Part shown: positions 41,501-55,300 of the stretch, in pieces
How the letters are laid out: every line of letters begins with the position of its first letter
How positions within the stretch are numbered: position 1 is the first letter of the stretch
Assembly: GCF_001194135.2 (NCBI RefSeq)
Contig: NC_068981.1
Coordinates: 147,195,468 to 147,259,467 of the forward strand
From: Octopus bimaculoides
Taxonomy: Eukaryota
Length of the DNA: 64,000 bases
Direction of reading: 5' to 3'
Notes under the pieces: model-generated
Told to the model about the DNA's origin: nothing
The model's database searches: none
The model's input: only the letters and a program-made list of their open reading frames with translations
Position numbers and translations under genes: made by a program

Positions 41501-43282
41501 ATATATGCTAGTCATTTCTTAAGTTTTATTTTTAGACTGTAGCAATATTTTCAAACAAGATTTAAACTTCAGAATCCAGCATTTCACTGTAATTTGGATT
41601 ACATACAAGCAACCTATAAGAAAATGAGGAATCAGAGAAATTTTACTGTCTAATTGTATACTGAAGTAAATCACTGTATTATTTGAACCAACAAAAGCCT
41701 TTACATGGTTGTTAGGCCAACTAGAAATAGCAGGCTCCTATATTAAGGTACTGATTCTAAAATACTTATAAACATCTCTTTGGCCTCCATCTGTTAGTGA
41801 CCCATTACCTACCAGTGATCTCATGAGATCACTTAAAAATTACAAATTCATAATTATCTGTCAATATTTACACATATCTAACCTTTTTGCTATATCTATT
41901 AGGTATATTTCTCTGATATTCAAATGAGTTTTGCTAATTTTTCACCCAATACCTCGCTTATTTCTATTAAAAATGTTATTTTGATCATTCCAGCGTGTTT
42001 CTAAGGCTGTTTTATGCTAGAAATTAAAGTTTCATAAAAAAATTCCAGTTAATAGAATTATGGGAGGTAATGGGTTAATGACCATGGATGAAGGTTCTAG
42101 TTGTCCACCCTACAGGTCTCTGCCACACTTGTGGGCTGTTCCAGCACTGTTTGGGATGTATCAGTTCTTTTTTTCTAATACAAGGTATTCAATAGAATTC
42201 AAGCCTGGGCAATATAGTACAGAGAACAGATCGTTGCCAAAGTGTTGTGTTCCCCTCTTCACATCATTGATGGATCCAAAAGAACAGCACAACCATTACA
42301 ATTTGGTACCAACACCATCATAGGAACTGCTAGAATGAAGTTCTAGACAACATTGAATTGTTCAGATTCCTAATTTTTCCTCGGGGTTTACTCCCAAAAC
42401 CTTTTCTCATGGCTGGGTATGGCCGCAAAGCAGTGGAGTTTTGAAATAAAGGTTTTCCTTCACCTTGATGGGTTATCCCCTACCCAAATTGTTAATTAAC
42501 CCACACCTGGAACCCTGATAGATGCTACTACTCCCAGTCAGAATAGACCTGGGAACAATAGTGGCTAAGAGATGGTTTCATACCCCTCAAAATCTGAGGA
42601 TGCAGTTTAAAGTTTACTAAAATTAAAAGACAGGTAAATACTGCAAAGTGTTTCATCCAGTATTCTACAAAATCTGCCAGGTTTATCACTCTCTCTAGAC
42701 CAAATATATTTTTTTTAAATGCTGAAATATAAAATATCACAGAGAAAAAAAATATTTTGTCATGCTCTACATACTCCTTCACCAGCAAATTCACAAATTA
42801 AATAGTAAATCATATTTTATTATTAGTATTTCTTTTTTAACTTGACAAACAAATAAATGAGAACAAATATGACTTTTTTTCCTTCCAAATTGATTTTTCT
42901 TTTATAGATCACAGTTTCAGCAATAAAAATACATCTTTTGACAATTGTCTGGTTAGGTTTTGTTCAATATAGATGTAACTTGATACTGTCCAAGTTTACA
43001 TAAATTAATGAAGTAGAGAGGGGAATTATTTATTAGGGGTGAGTTAAAGTTTACTTATGAATGTAGAAAGAAAGAATTAGTTAGGTATGTATAGGAGAGT
43101 GTATATGCACTTTGTAAAGGGAAGTATGTATAAATGTACAGGAATGTTTTTGTGTGATTGGTGTGCAAAAATGTATAACAAGTACTGATGACCCAATGAG
43201 ATTGTTACTTAAGAACAGATAATAGTTGTTTAGTTGAACTGGTAAATCACATTTACTAAGTTTTATAAAATTCCATTGCAAA

Positions 43283-43381
<99 letters not shown>

Positions 43382-43411
43382 TAACATTCATGTATGTGTA
43401 AATACACATAA

Positions 43412-43457
<46 letters not shown>

Positions 43458-44000
43458 GTATGTCTATACATACACACACATATATATATGTATGTATGCA
43501 TGCATATATATATATGTGTATATGTATGTATTATATATACACACACGTATGCATATATCAGGCACAAATGTATATACATCTTTATACCAATTCACAAATA
43601 CAAAGCAACATAAAAACATATTTGTTATAACTGATCTCAAATGAAAAAAGATTGTAATAATTTAAGAAAAAAAACTATTACAAGAAAGTTTAAAAAAAAA
43701 AAAACAAAAAAAAACTCTTCAAAATAGAAATATTGAGTATTCTTCAAGAACTGCTACTTTTGTTTTGAAAATGGTGGGACATACTGATACTAATGATGAT
43801 TCAGCATGCCAAAGAGTCAAAAGAACTTATTTCTGTTGGTCTTTAAATGTGTGCACGTTAAGTATGTTATATAACAATTAACACCAATTAGGTTTCTAAG
43901 AAATTTCCTGATAAAATTATATTTTTTGAATAGCACCAAGAACATCACGTTTCAAAAAGCTGCTGTAAAATCTGATTGGGTGAGATAGAGAGACAGAGAG

Positions 44001-44046
<46 letters not shown>

Positions 44047-45088
44047 TAATAATAATAAATCACATCTAACACCATAACAAAATCACAAAAAGAAAAACAA
44101 CTTCCAAATTAAAATTTGGTTGTAAGAAGTCAGGAAAAGAAAGACAGAGACATAAACATAAAAATAGAGATGTGTGAAGACAGAAAAACATATTTGGAGA
44201 AAGACAGAAACAAGGAATGGAAGAGCTGCCAGCTACAGGCACAGCGAGCAACTGTTAAGGATTTCTAAACACAAAGTCCAGTTTAATAATGAAACTAAAT
44301 TTCTTTCCATAATTGAAACAGTTAATCTAACACAGAATAAAGCCAATGAAGTGTTAATTCAGTTACCTTTATGTACACACTTATATTCATGCATGCAAAC
44401 ATATGAGTTTGCAAACACACACACACATACTTCTATATATATATATATACACAAACACACACACACATATATATATATACATACACGCACACACACACAA
44501 ACATATTTTACATACTATATGCACTTAACTGTCAGTTTGACAAAGGGAAGATACTGCAATCACTGGATGTGTCTGCCTGGATCTGAAACACCTTGAAAAT
44601 ATGAGGCAGTGGAGGAGCCATATTCAATCATACTCACATACACATATCTGCATCCAAACACACACAAATATATATCTAAAATATATATATACCCTCATTA
44701 TCCTTTAACATCCACTTTTGTATGCTTGCAAGGGTCAGACAGAATTTGTTGAGGCAGGCTTTCTATGCCTCGATGGTCTCACTGCAGCCAACCCTCACCT
44801 GTTACCAAGCAAACTAATATTTCCCCATGGCTAGACATGTTTTTCATGGAAGACTAGAAACAAATAACACTACCTGTATGCCAGTGATGCCTATTTACAA
44901 CCATCACATGATTTCAAGACAAGGGTACACACATGCATATATATATACACACATATATATATAATGTGTCTCCTTCAGTTTCCATATACTAAATCAATTG
45001 ACAGTTTTGGTTGGCCCAAGGCTATATATATAAATATATATATAGTCTTGGGCCAGTGTACATACATACATATATGTATACATACATA

Positions 45089-45160
<72 letters not shown>

Positions 45161-45443
45161 NNNNNNNNNNNNNNNNNNNNNNNNNNNNNNNNNNNNNNNN
45201 NNNNNNNNNNNNNNNNNNNNNNNNNNNNNNNNNNNNNNNNNNNNNNNNNNNNNNNNNNNNNNNNNNNNNNNNNNNNNNNNNNNNNNNNNNNNNNNNNNNN
45301 NNNNNNNNNNNNNNNNNNNNNNNNNNNNNNNNNNNNNNNNNNNNNNNNNNNNNNNNNNNNNNNNNNNNNNNNNNNNNNNNNNNNNNNNNNNNNNNNNNNN
45401 NNNNNNNNNNNNNNNNNNNNNNNNNNNNNNNNNNNNNNNNNNN

Positions 45444-45498
<55 letters not shown>

Positions 45499-47410
45499 TC
45501 ACACACATATATACATATGTTATGTCTGTATATAAACACACACACACATGTATGGGCACACATTTTATAATGACTGAGAAGACAAAGGGTCTCTAGCACT
45601 AGGGATAGGGAGTTATTCTTACATTGAAAACCTGGCAGAAATGCATGCACCAGAATGGATTCTGACAAAGAACACAATGACCAAATGATGGTGCTAAACC
45701 GGGCAGATAGATTATCCACGCATACACTATATACACACACAAACATATATACATATGTACATATGCATATCTATGCCAGTCGCCTTGAATGTAAAATAAA
45801 AAATTTAAAAAGAACAGGTCAGACTATCAATAGAGCTTAGCTAAATTTATGAGTACATGAACATGAATTACTATTGTATGTATTGAGTACATTTATCTCT
45901 CATTTGTTTACCAAAATGAATAAATATATTACACACATATACATTTAAGCATACATATATATATATATATANNNNNNNNNNNNNNNNNNNNNNNNNNNNN
46001 NNNNNNNNNNNNNNNNNNNNNNNNNNNNNNNNNNNNNNNNNNNNNNNNNNNNNNNNNNATATAATGTACAAATGTATTATGAAAAAAATTTGTAATCCAG
46101 TTACAACCAGCTAGTAATTACAGCTGAAGATTGATGCACATACATACATGCACACACACATACAAACACAAACGTGTAAAAATAACTGTTTCTACAGTTT
46201 ACTAGAATGAAACTAGTGAAAAAATATGGTGGGAAAAGGTTTGTTTGTGTTTTTTTTTCAAACATAATTACTGAAATTTTGTATTTTAAAAATAGAGAAA
46301 CTCAATAAGATATTTTAAAAAAAAAAAGTTGTGGGTTCTAGAATTTATAAATTTGAGTAAGAAAATATTACTGTCCTATACATACAGAGGTGAGTCAATA
46401 AATAGGTAGTATGTCTTATGACATAAATACATACATACATAGGTATGTATATACATAGACACAAACACACTTGGAAGTGAATGTAATCTTCATGGGGGCT
46501 TATGCTTGGGCTACCTTGTAGACTACAACATACTGAAATTGTCACATTCTATCATTCAAAATTTTCAGTGGAAATATTTGCTATGTCTTTTATGCTTTAA
46601 TTTGGTTGGCCCTTTTTGCCTCAAAGTTAAAATTGTCAGTGTCTATGTTAGAAAGGAAAGTATTTTAAATACAGAATCAATTTTAGTTGGGCAATAAACA
46701 ATATATATTCTAGTTGGTATAAGATTTTAACAGAAACAAAACAGTCAACTAATCTATGTGGGATTATATATATGTATAAAAAAAAAAAATTTTTTTTTTT
46801 AAATGAAAAGAAGATAGGGTTTCCCTGAATTTTTAGCATCACAGACAATTTGGAAACTTATGACATGATCAATGCAATAAGACAAAAAGAGATGATACTA
46901 TGCTTGAGTCTGACTTATTCATCAAACAACGAAGAAACCCAAACTACAGCCATCCATTCTGTTGTAATGTGGTAAGAACACATAGCAAATGGTTTGAAGT
47001 ATTTTGAGTAGCAGACAGAAAGTGACAAGTTAAATATAATTATCAGTTGGTAGTCCAGATATTGTGTACATGACATGATTATTCTTCTCACAAATTAATA
47101 CATATCCACAATGTAATTATAAAATCCTGGTTCTTTATCAACCCACCCGCATAAGTATACATACATACATATTTTTATATATACATATATATAGATAGAT
47201 ATTCTGTAAGAAGCCTGCAAAACTTTAAGTTGCATAGAGCCAAATCAAACTGTTTTGAATAATAACATATATATATATGTTTATATATACATATTTATAT
47301 ACATATATATATGTTTACATGAATGTATATATATATACATATTTATATGTATGTATATATGTGTGTACATATACATATAAATGTAGATACACACACACAC
47401 ACACACATAC

Positions 47411-47467
<57 letters not shown>

Positions 47468-47475
<8 letters not shown>

Positions 47476-48342
47476 GGCACCCAAAAGAAACTGGAATTTT
47501 GCAATCTTATTTTATTCACCTAATTTTATATGTTTACTCATTTATCTCCTTGAAAGCATTCTCCATTTGAAGCAATGCCTCAGTCCAGGCATGTTTTCCG
47601 CTATACGAAGCATTGCTGGAACTCTTGTGAAGAGATGTCTTTTACCGCCGCCATTATATTTTTCTTCCCCTCTTCTACATCTGCAAATTCCATAGCATCA
47701 GTTCTCCTCACCAGTGATGACCTTTGAAAAAATGTCCAGATCAACTTCCAGCTGTTCTTTCAGTTCACGACACACGTTCAGTCATGACTGCTTTTGATCT
47801 TCCATGAGCAAGCGAAGCACAAATTTTGCTGCAACTTTTTTCATTCACAATTACTCACTCGAAATTCGTTGGCAGGAGCTCCAGGATACTCCAGTCATAT
47901 CAACAAGTTCGTCAATTGTTTAGTGACGGCCCTCCAAGATCACTTCATGAATTTTCCTGATGCTTTCATTCGTCCGGGAGGTTCACAGTCATCCTGAACA
48001 AGGTTGGTCTTCAAGCAACAAGTAACCATCCCTGAAGCATGGAAACCACCCGTAAACTTGTGTTTTGCTCATGGCAATGTCCTTGTAAGCTGTCTCAGCC
48101 ACTGTTTTCCCCAGCAGGAAACAGAATTACATGGAAGTGCACTGTTCCTTCATTTCAGCCATTGCAAAAATCAAGCACTGCAAAACAAAGACACACCATG
48201 TGGCAGTATGGTCTAATTGGATGCCACCAGTCAACAGACTGATGCCTGAGGGTCACAAGTGGCTTCTAGCAGCAGAAACCTGAACTACAACACGTTTGTC
48301 CCACAGAGAATGTTTCCGGTTACTTTTGGGTACCCCTTCATA
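47468..48342 (-). mobile_element. Internally deleted, decayed mariner (Tc1/mariner) transposon
   Basis: Terminal inverted repeats TGAxGGGGxACCCAAAAGxAACxGGAA flanked by TA. Transposase remnants FCFLLGKTVAET, MSKTQVYGWF, MKKVAAKFVLRLL and SKVITGEE. Confidence 0.9.
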
Positions 48343-49165
48343 TATATATNNNNNNNNNNNNNNNNNNNNNNNNNNNNNNNNNNNNNNNNNNNNNNNNNNN
48401 NNNNNNNNNNNNNNNNNNNNNNNNNNNNNNNNNNNNNNNNNNNNNNNNNNNNNNNNNNNNNNNNNNNNNNNNNNNNNNNNNNNNNNNNNNNNNNNNNNNN
48501 NNNNNNNNNNNNNNNNNNNNNNNNNNNNNNNNNNNNNNNNNNNNNNNNNNNNNNNNNNNNNNNNNNNNNNNNNNNNNNNNNNNNNNNNNNNNNNNNNNNN
48601 NNNNNNNNNNNNNNNNNNNNNNNNNNNNNNNNNNNNNNNNNNNNNNNNNTATGTATATCTATGCAAGTAATATACAGTATTGTCACTTTTCGGCATATGT
48701 TGTATATAATGATGCCAAGGCAGGAAAAGTAGAAAGAAACTCATAGAGTCCCTTCCTTTTACAGCTGAACTTTTTCACTTTTCATTGTTTGTTTGTTTTT
48801 TTTGCCATTTTTCTTCTTTTTTTACAGAAAGAGATAACAAATTAAAACTTTTATGAAAGGAGCATGAGAAATGCAGAACATACAAGGTAGGGTATTTAAA
48901 GAGAATTAGCCTAACATTTTTCTTATCTTTTCGAATGTTTGATAAAATATAAACATTCCATTCTTTTAATTATTTAAAATTATTTAAGAGTTTCCTTTGT
49001 CTTTTTCACTAAAAAAAAAAAAAAATTGTGAGGAATGGGTGTCTTTCCATTTTTTTTAAAATTTCAAATATATCATCATCATCTTCATCATCCTCATCAC
49101 CTGATTAAAGATCAATGGGGAAAGTGAGGAAGTATACATTTATTTACACATTCATGAAAAATTTG

Positions 49166-49356
49166 TCAGAGAAAATAGGGGGTAGTTGATCGAGTAGGGA
49201 TGACTCTCTCGTTGTCTGGGACAGCATCAAACAACATGGCTTCCTTGTTATTGCAGTCTGTAAATGATAGCACTGCCGCCACATTGCCACATCGGTAGCA
49301 ATAATTTGGAGCAGACCAGACAGTCACCAATTTCTCATCAAACATGTACCGGTAAC
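49166..49356 (-). CDS. PPP6C: PPP6C last coding exon (191 nt incl. TGA)
   Basis: Acceptor tttcctcag, contains [11 protein letters not shown] and the C-terminal TPYFL. Confidence 0.96.
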
Positions 49357-52300
49357 CTGAGGAAAGAAATGTAAAAAAAAAAACAAATATATATAAGACA
49401 TCTTGAAAATAAAGTAAACTTGAAATAGAAACAGGATCAATTTGAAACAAAACTAAATGGAAGATGAATTCAAAGAATTAAAAATTGTTAAAGAGCACCA
49501 GAATTCCAATTCATTTTCTTTTTAATAAGAGTACTGTTTTAGAAATGTGTCAGCTCAGGGTTCTCATCACAGACTGATGTGACTTGCTACAGGTACCATG
49601 TAATCCAGTACTAATTGTTCCATGGTTAAGCAGTCAGCAACTAAAACAGCCACCCCACCCCCCCACTTGAGTAGCTTGCTACTCTTGTGAGAAGGGTGTC
49701 TGGACACTTGGAGGGACTAAAATCAAGGGTCTGTCAAAGGGTGGCTGAGCCCCTTGCAGACCAGTTGGGGAAGGCAATGGCAAACCACCCGAATATCTCT
49801 GCCAAGAAAACACTATGAGAGAGTGAAAACAAAGTAATGCTATGGATTCATCCAATGGGAGAACTTGAGCTTAATCAGGATGACTTTTGTTGTAGTGTCA
49901 TCAACATGCTGCAAGGTGTACAATAAATCATGACAACAACTGTTTTAAAAAGAAAACAATATTGTTTTTGTAGTCCATCAGGAGAATCATTGTACCAATA
50001 ACAAACACACACACACACACTAGTTCTATTCCACTATGTTATTATTAGTCAACTAGTAAACCAAATATCTGGAAAACCAAATACAAAAAAAAAACAATAT
50101 CTTTATTTAGAATTAGCAATGAACAGATTTATGAAGTAAATATATTTATCTGCTTTTTTTTTTTCTTTCTTAATTTCTTTACAGCTGATCTCCTTTTTTT
50201 TTCACTTAGCTAGGATGAGTTCGATTCTAATCAATGCAGCTTTGTGTTTGAGGATACATAACCATATCAAATAGTTTGAACAAAAGTCAGTTAAAAATTG
50301 TAATTTGACAATGGGTAAAATAATTTACCTAACTACTTAACTAAATTCAGTCTTTGTCTAAATGTTTACATTAGAAACTTCTGGTTTCTCAAAGCCTTCA
50401 CCACTGCTCACTACTTAGTCCTTAATCAGATCAACATGCTAGATCTTAAATTAATTTGTTGACAACACAACTTCTCACTACTCTTTCAATTTCATACTTT
50501 ATCTTCCTTCCAAGTGCTTCACTTATCATACATATATATTTCAACATATCTTTCAATAATAAACTGACAATGAAATATTATTAATCATCATCATCATTTA
50601 ACATCCGTTGTCCATGCTGGCAAGCTGGAAGGCTGTACCAGACTCCAGTCTGATTTGGCATAGTTTCTATGGCTGGATGCCCTTCCTAACACCAACCACT
50701 CCGAGAGTGTAATGGGTACTTTTACGTGCCACCAGCACGGGTGCCATTTGCATGACACTGGCATCAGCCACAACTGTGATTTTGCTCGGCTTGGTGGGAT
50801 TTCTTCTCAAGCACGATGTAATGCCAAAGGTCTCAATCATTGTCTCTGTGAGGCCCAACATTCAAAAGGAGCTCAGCCACTTTGCCTCTGTGAGGCCCAA
50901 TGCTTGAAAGGTGCTTTTTACATGCCACTGGCACACCTACTTTATTCAAAATCAATCCTTCAGCTCACAAAGCCTTTCAAATCATACCTTATTGTCTTAA
51001 AAAAAAGTATACATGGGACAGTGATATGCAAAATTACAAAATGGTCAAAGCTGAGTGTTTTGGATTATAAGCCTGCTAATCTGGAGCAAAATGTCGTTAT
51101 CATCCTTGTCAAAATAGTCTCACTCCACCATATGCCTACTGCAGCAATCTTACAGAAATTAAAATTCAAGACTAACATGGTCTGGTTATATATGGATTGT
51201 TTTGCAATATACATTTAGTTATAATGACCAATGCTGAAAGGTTCTCTGGAGCTATCATCACATAATCAAACAACATTCTGAGGTGCTTCTGTGTGGTCAC
51301 TCAACTTGTTAGAAATAGCAGCTAAATTTTCCACAAATAACATCCTACAATCTTTAAAAATAAAATCAATATATTTGATAATATAGTACTACATACAGTT
51401 TGCCTAAACAAAAAAGGGTCTGCTTGGTCAGGGTTAAACAACTATAGCAAGAAATCTATAGGAAATCAGTGAAGGGATCCACAATTTATTACTAGATAAT
51501 AAGTAGTTAAAAAATATTTGAGAGCCCTACAACAGATAATGTAGTGTGAATCAGATGTATCAAAAAGATCCTAATATGTAACTTAACATCTAAACAAGCT
51601 GACTTAAACAGATTTTATTTAATGAACTACTTATAATATATTTTATCAACCCTAGTCTCTGAAGTGAAGAAAACAAGAATCTCTCTGTAAGAATTGTATA
51701 AAAATTTCTTATTCTAGCAGAGCATAAAAAGTTCATCAGTGCCACTGAACTAAGAGATTGTGTACTTGAAAATCCCCAGCTGTGACTTGAAACAGAAAAC
51801 AGATGAACAAAGTTCTATTGTCTTTATAGCACTACAGCAACAACATTAAAGTTGCTTTATTTTGTAGATTATTCTTTCTCAAAATGAAATTCTTTTAATA
51901 TTTATGTAACACACTTCAAAAAACATTTTATAAAGCTTAAGACTTACCTTCATGTACTAATTGATGAGCCCGACATATTAATTTTAAATTATTGATATGA
52001 ACAAACTAAAAGGGAAAAAAAAATGTTGAGAAAAATCAATGACAAAAATTAAACGAAAGAACAGAAATAATAGTTACAACTTAGTCAGAGGAGGAAGGGT
52101 AGCTCTGATGATCATTTCCAAAGTCTCCAAGACTGGAAGGAGAAAAGGGAAGAAAGTAGGACTTATGGGAAGTTCATAGTATGAAATAGTAACTACATAC
52201 TGCACCAAGGTAATTAGTCTTCCACAGACAAGACACCTAGCTAAGTGCTTTTACAGAGTGGATTAGAATAGCACCCAAGAGCATGGTGGTGGTACTAAAA

Positions 52301-55300
52301 AAAAGTCATGAATTTAATTAACCACAAGAACAGCAGCAGTCCATCTGACAAACTTCAGCACCATTTCTATCAAACCAATTTCAATCATAAGGCTTGGATG
52401 ATTCTAAGGCTATGTCAGAAGACACTTGCCTTAGGTTCTGTGAAGTAGTATCCGACCCAAAACCATATACTTGTGAAACAAACATTTTAACCAAACAGCC
52501 ATGCTTGCAACCAACATGGCTTGGTGTAGTAAAGATCTTCTTGTAATCAGGAGAAATGACAGTGAAATTGGTGGAATCATAAATTCCTACTTGCAATCAT
52601 TTCAATTCACTTTCTAATGTACTTTTGAGAAATATCTGAATCTCAGACATTCAGAAACCAATAAGAGAGCTTCTATTTGTCACTCCATCTACTAGAAATG
52701 GCAGACAAATTTCTCTTAAATTACTCTCTACCCTCTTGATTAAGGAAAGAACATGAGGTAATGCAGTCATGTACATCTCTAAAAACAAAAGATGACCCAT
52801 GGCCAATATGCCTTTGATCTTAGATCTATTTGGTCAGGGTTGATTGGTTAGGATTGATCTGGGTGTAAACAACAGGTGGTGATTCAGCAGTCTTTAACAC
52901 AGCATAGAGAATGCTGCATGGCATTTATTCTAAATCTTTGCATTCAAGTTCAAATTCTGCTGAGGTTAACTTTGCCTTTCAACCTTTTGGGGTTCAATAA
53001 AATAAAAAATACTAATCCATGGTAATTAATTGGTAGAACTGCAAGAACACTGGTTTCAAACTTTGGTATAAGGCCAACAATTTCGGAGTGGTGGTGGGGA
53101 GTTACATTGACCCCACCAGTGCTCAATTGGTATTTATTTTATTAACTCTGAAATGGTAAGAACATTAAACTAGAGATCTTGTGGTATTTGTTCCAGCTCT
53201 TTGCATTCTGAATTGAAATCCCCCTACAACCTACTTGGGAGGTAGACTTAATTCACTGCCTGGTTAACACCATCACCTGGTACCTGGAGTGTTTTAACAG
53301 AGTTCATTTTGTTGCAGGCATTTTGAAGATACCTTCCTCCCACCTTTCCATCTATCTCAAAGGCCCTGTAAAATGTCATGGGCAACTCCTCCCTCCTGAC
53401 TTAAAGATAAAAATAAAAACAACAGCATTCGTAAATTCCCATCTCTCTAATAAATCTGACAATGCTCAAACCATTATTTTTGTTGTTTTAGAGGGGGTTA
53501 TTTTTCTGTAATTTAAAAATGCATCGACTAATTTGCAGTAAGTTTACCAGTTATTTTCCAGCAATAAAAGCAAAATTTTAACAAGTCAAATCTAAAAGCC
53601 ATATATTGCAAGTAACAGTAACTCACACTTCCAATAATTATTGTTGTATAACTGAATTCCTTTTGTTTTCCAGCATGAATCATTGAAATTATGAAGGAGG
53701 AAAAGAAATCAAAAGTCTGGCCAATTTTTTCAAGAATATGAACACAGCAAAACCAACAAGGAATCTTCTACATCAGGCATGGGTAACCTTTTCCAAGAAG
53801 CAGGCTGCATGAGACATGGATCGTCATCAGGCAGACTGCCCTATTAAAAAAATTCATGGAAATTTTTCTTTAGGAGTCATTAGGTGTCAGAAAGTCCCAC
53901 AGGCTACAGTTTACTCATAAGAGTTCTACATAGTTGCTCAACCTGCTAGAAATAATAGCTAAATCTTCCTAAATAATGAATATCTTTAAAAGGGACACTG
54001 GATAAGGAAGCCTAAGATACAAGAGGACTGAAAAGAGAGAGAAAGAAAATGGTCATATCCTGAACACCTTAGGTCTTAGGCCATCTTGGTTAAGTTAACA
54101 TGGGGATAAAAAAAACATTAGCACAGTATAAAAATTAAATTTAGAATGTACAACAACAAGATTATTCTTAAGATACAAAAATGTATTTACCTCGTTAGTA
54201 ACCATTGCTCCAAATAACCAACCAGCACCACGTGGACTAATTGTCCAACTTTCCACATCTTCAGGATCAGACCAAACAAGATTTGAATACAGTTAAAGAA
54301 AAAAAAATTGTCAAGAGAGAATACTTTACAATATATGTAAACCTACATATTCCTTTACACGTTTCAGTCATTTGACTGCGGCCATGCTAGAGCACTGCCC
54401 TAAAGGGTTTTAGTTGAAGAAATCAACACTTTCATAAGCCTAGTACTTAATCTGTTGTTCTCTTTTGCTGAACCACTAAGTTATGGGAACATAAACACTG
54501 ACATCAGTTGTCAAGTGATGGTAGGGGGGGGGGGCAAACACAGACACACACAAATATATATATATATATATATATCATCATCATCATCATAGTTTAACAT
54601 CCACTTTCCATGCTAGCATGGGTTGGACAATTTGACTGAGGACTGGCAAACTAGATGGCTGCACCAGGCTCCAATCTCATCTACGACAAGCTTCTTTCCG
54701 TTTCCATCTACAAAATCCACTCAAATGCTTTGGTCAGCCTGAGGCTATAGTAGAAGACACTTGCCCAGAACCATGTGGTCGAGAAGCAAGCTTCTTACCA
54801 TACAACCACACTTGCGCTATTTAACTTATTTCACCACAATCAATTTCCTACCCTTCATGAGGTCTCATCAAAGATATCAACATCATTTGATGAATCCTAG
54901 AGAAACAAGTAGCCATTCTGTTTATATATACATCAAATCTAGTAGCCTCAGATAACTGGAGCTGTACTCGACTAGATACAATACCATAAGTAATTAAATA
55001 ATTTATTTATTAATTGCTGGGTTGAGAGGAAGGGACAGTGCCCAACGTCATAGCCTTCCTAGACAGGTGAGAGTAATTCCACCAATGTTCCTCTTAAACC
55101 TTTGTAAGTCAACACCTGCCAGAAAGAAAAGATCAAAGAGGAAGTACCAAAGTCTCCAGTGCCAAAAAGTATGAATGTCCAGTCAGTCATACCAAATCGC
55201 CAGTGTTCGAACAGCCATGCCCAATCAACTCATTTCACTGCTTTGGTAACTTATAATACAGAGGTTGCTAAATAATACACATCAAGCTATTCAGAAATTA

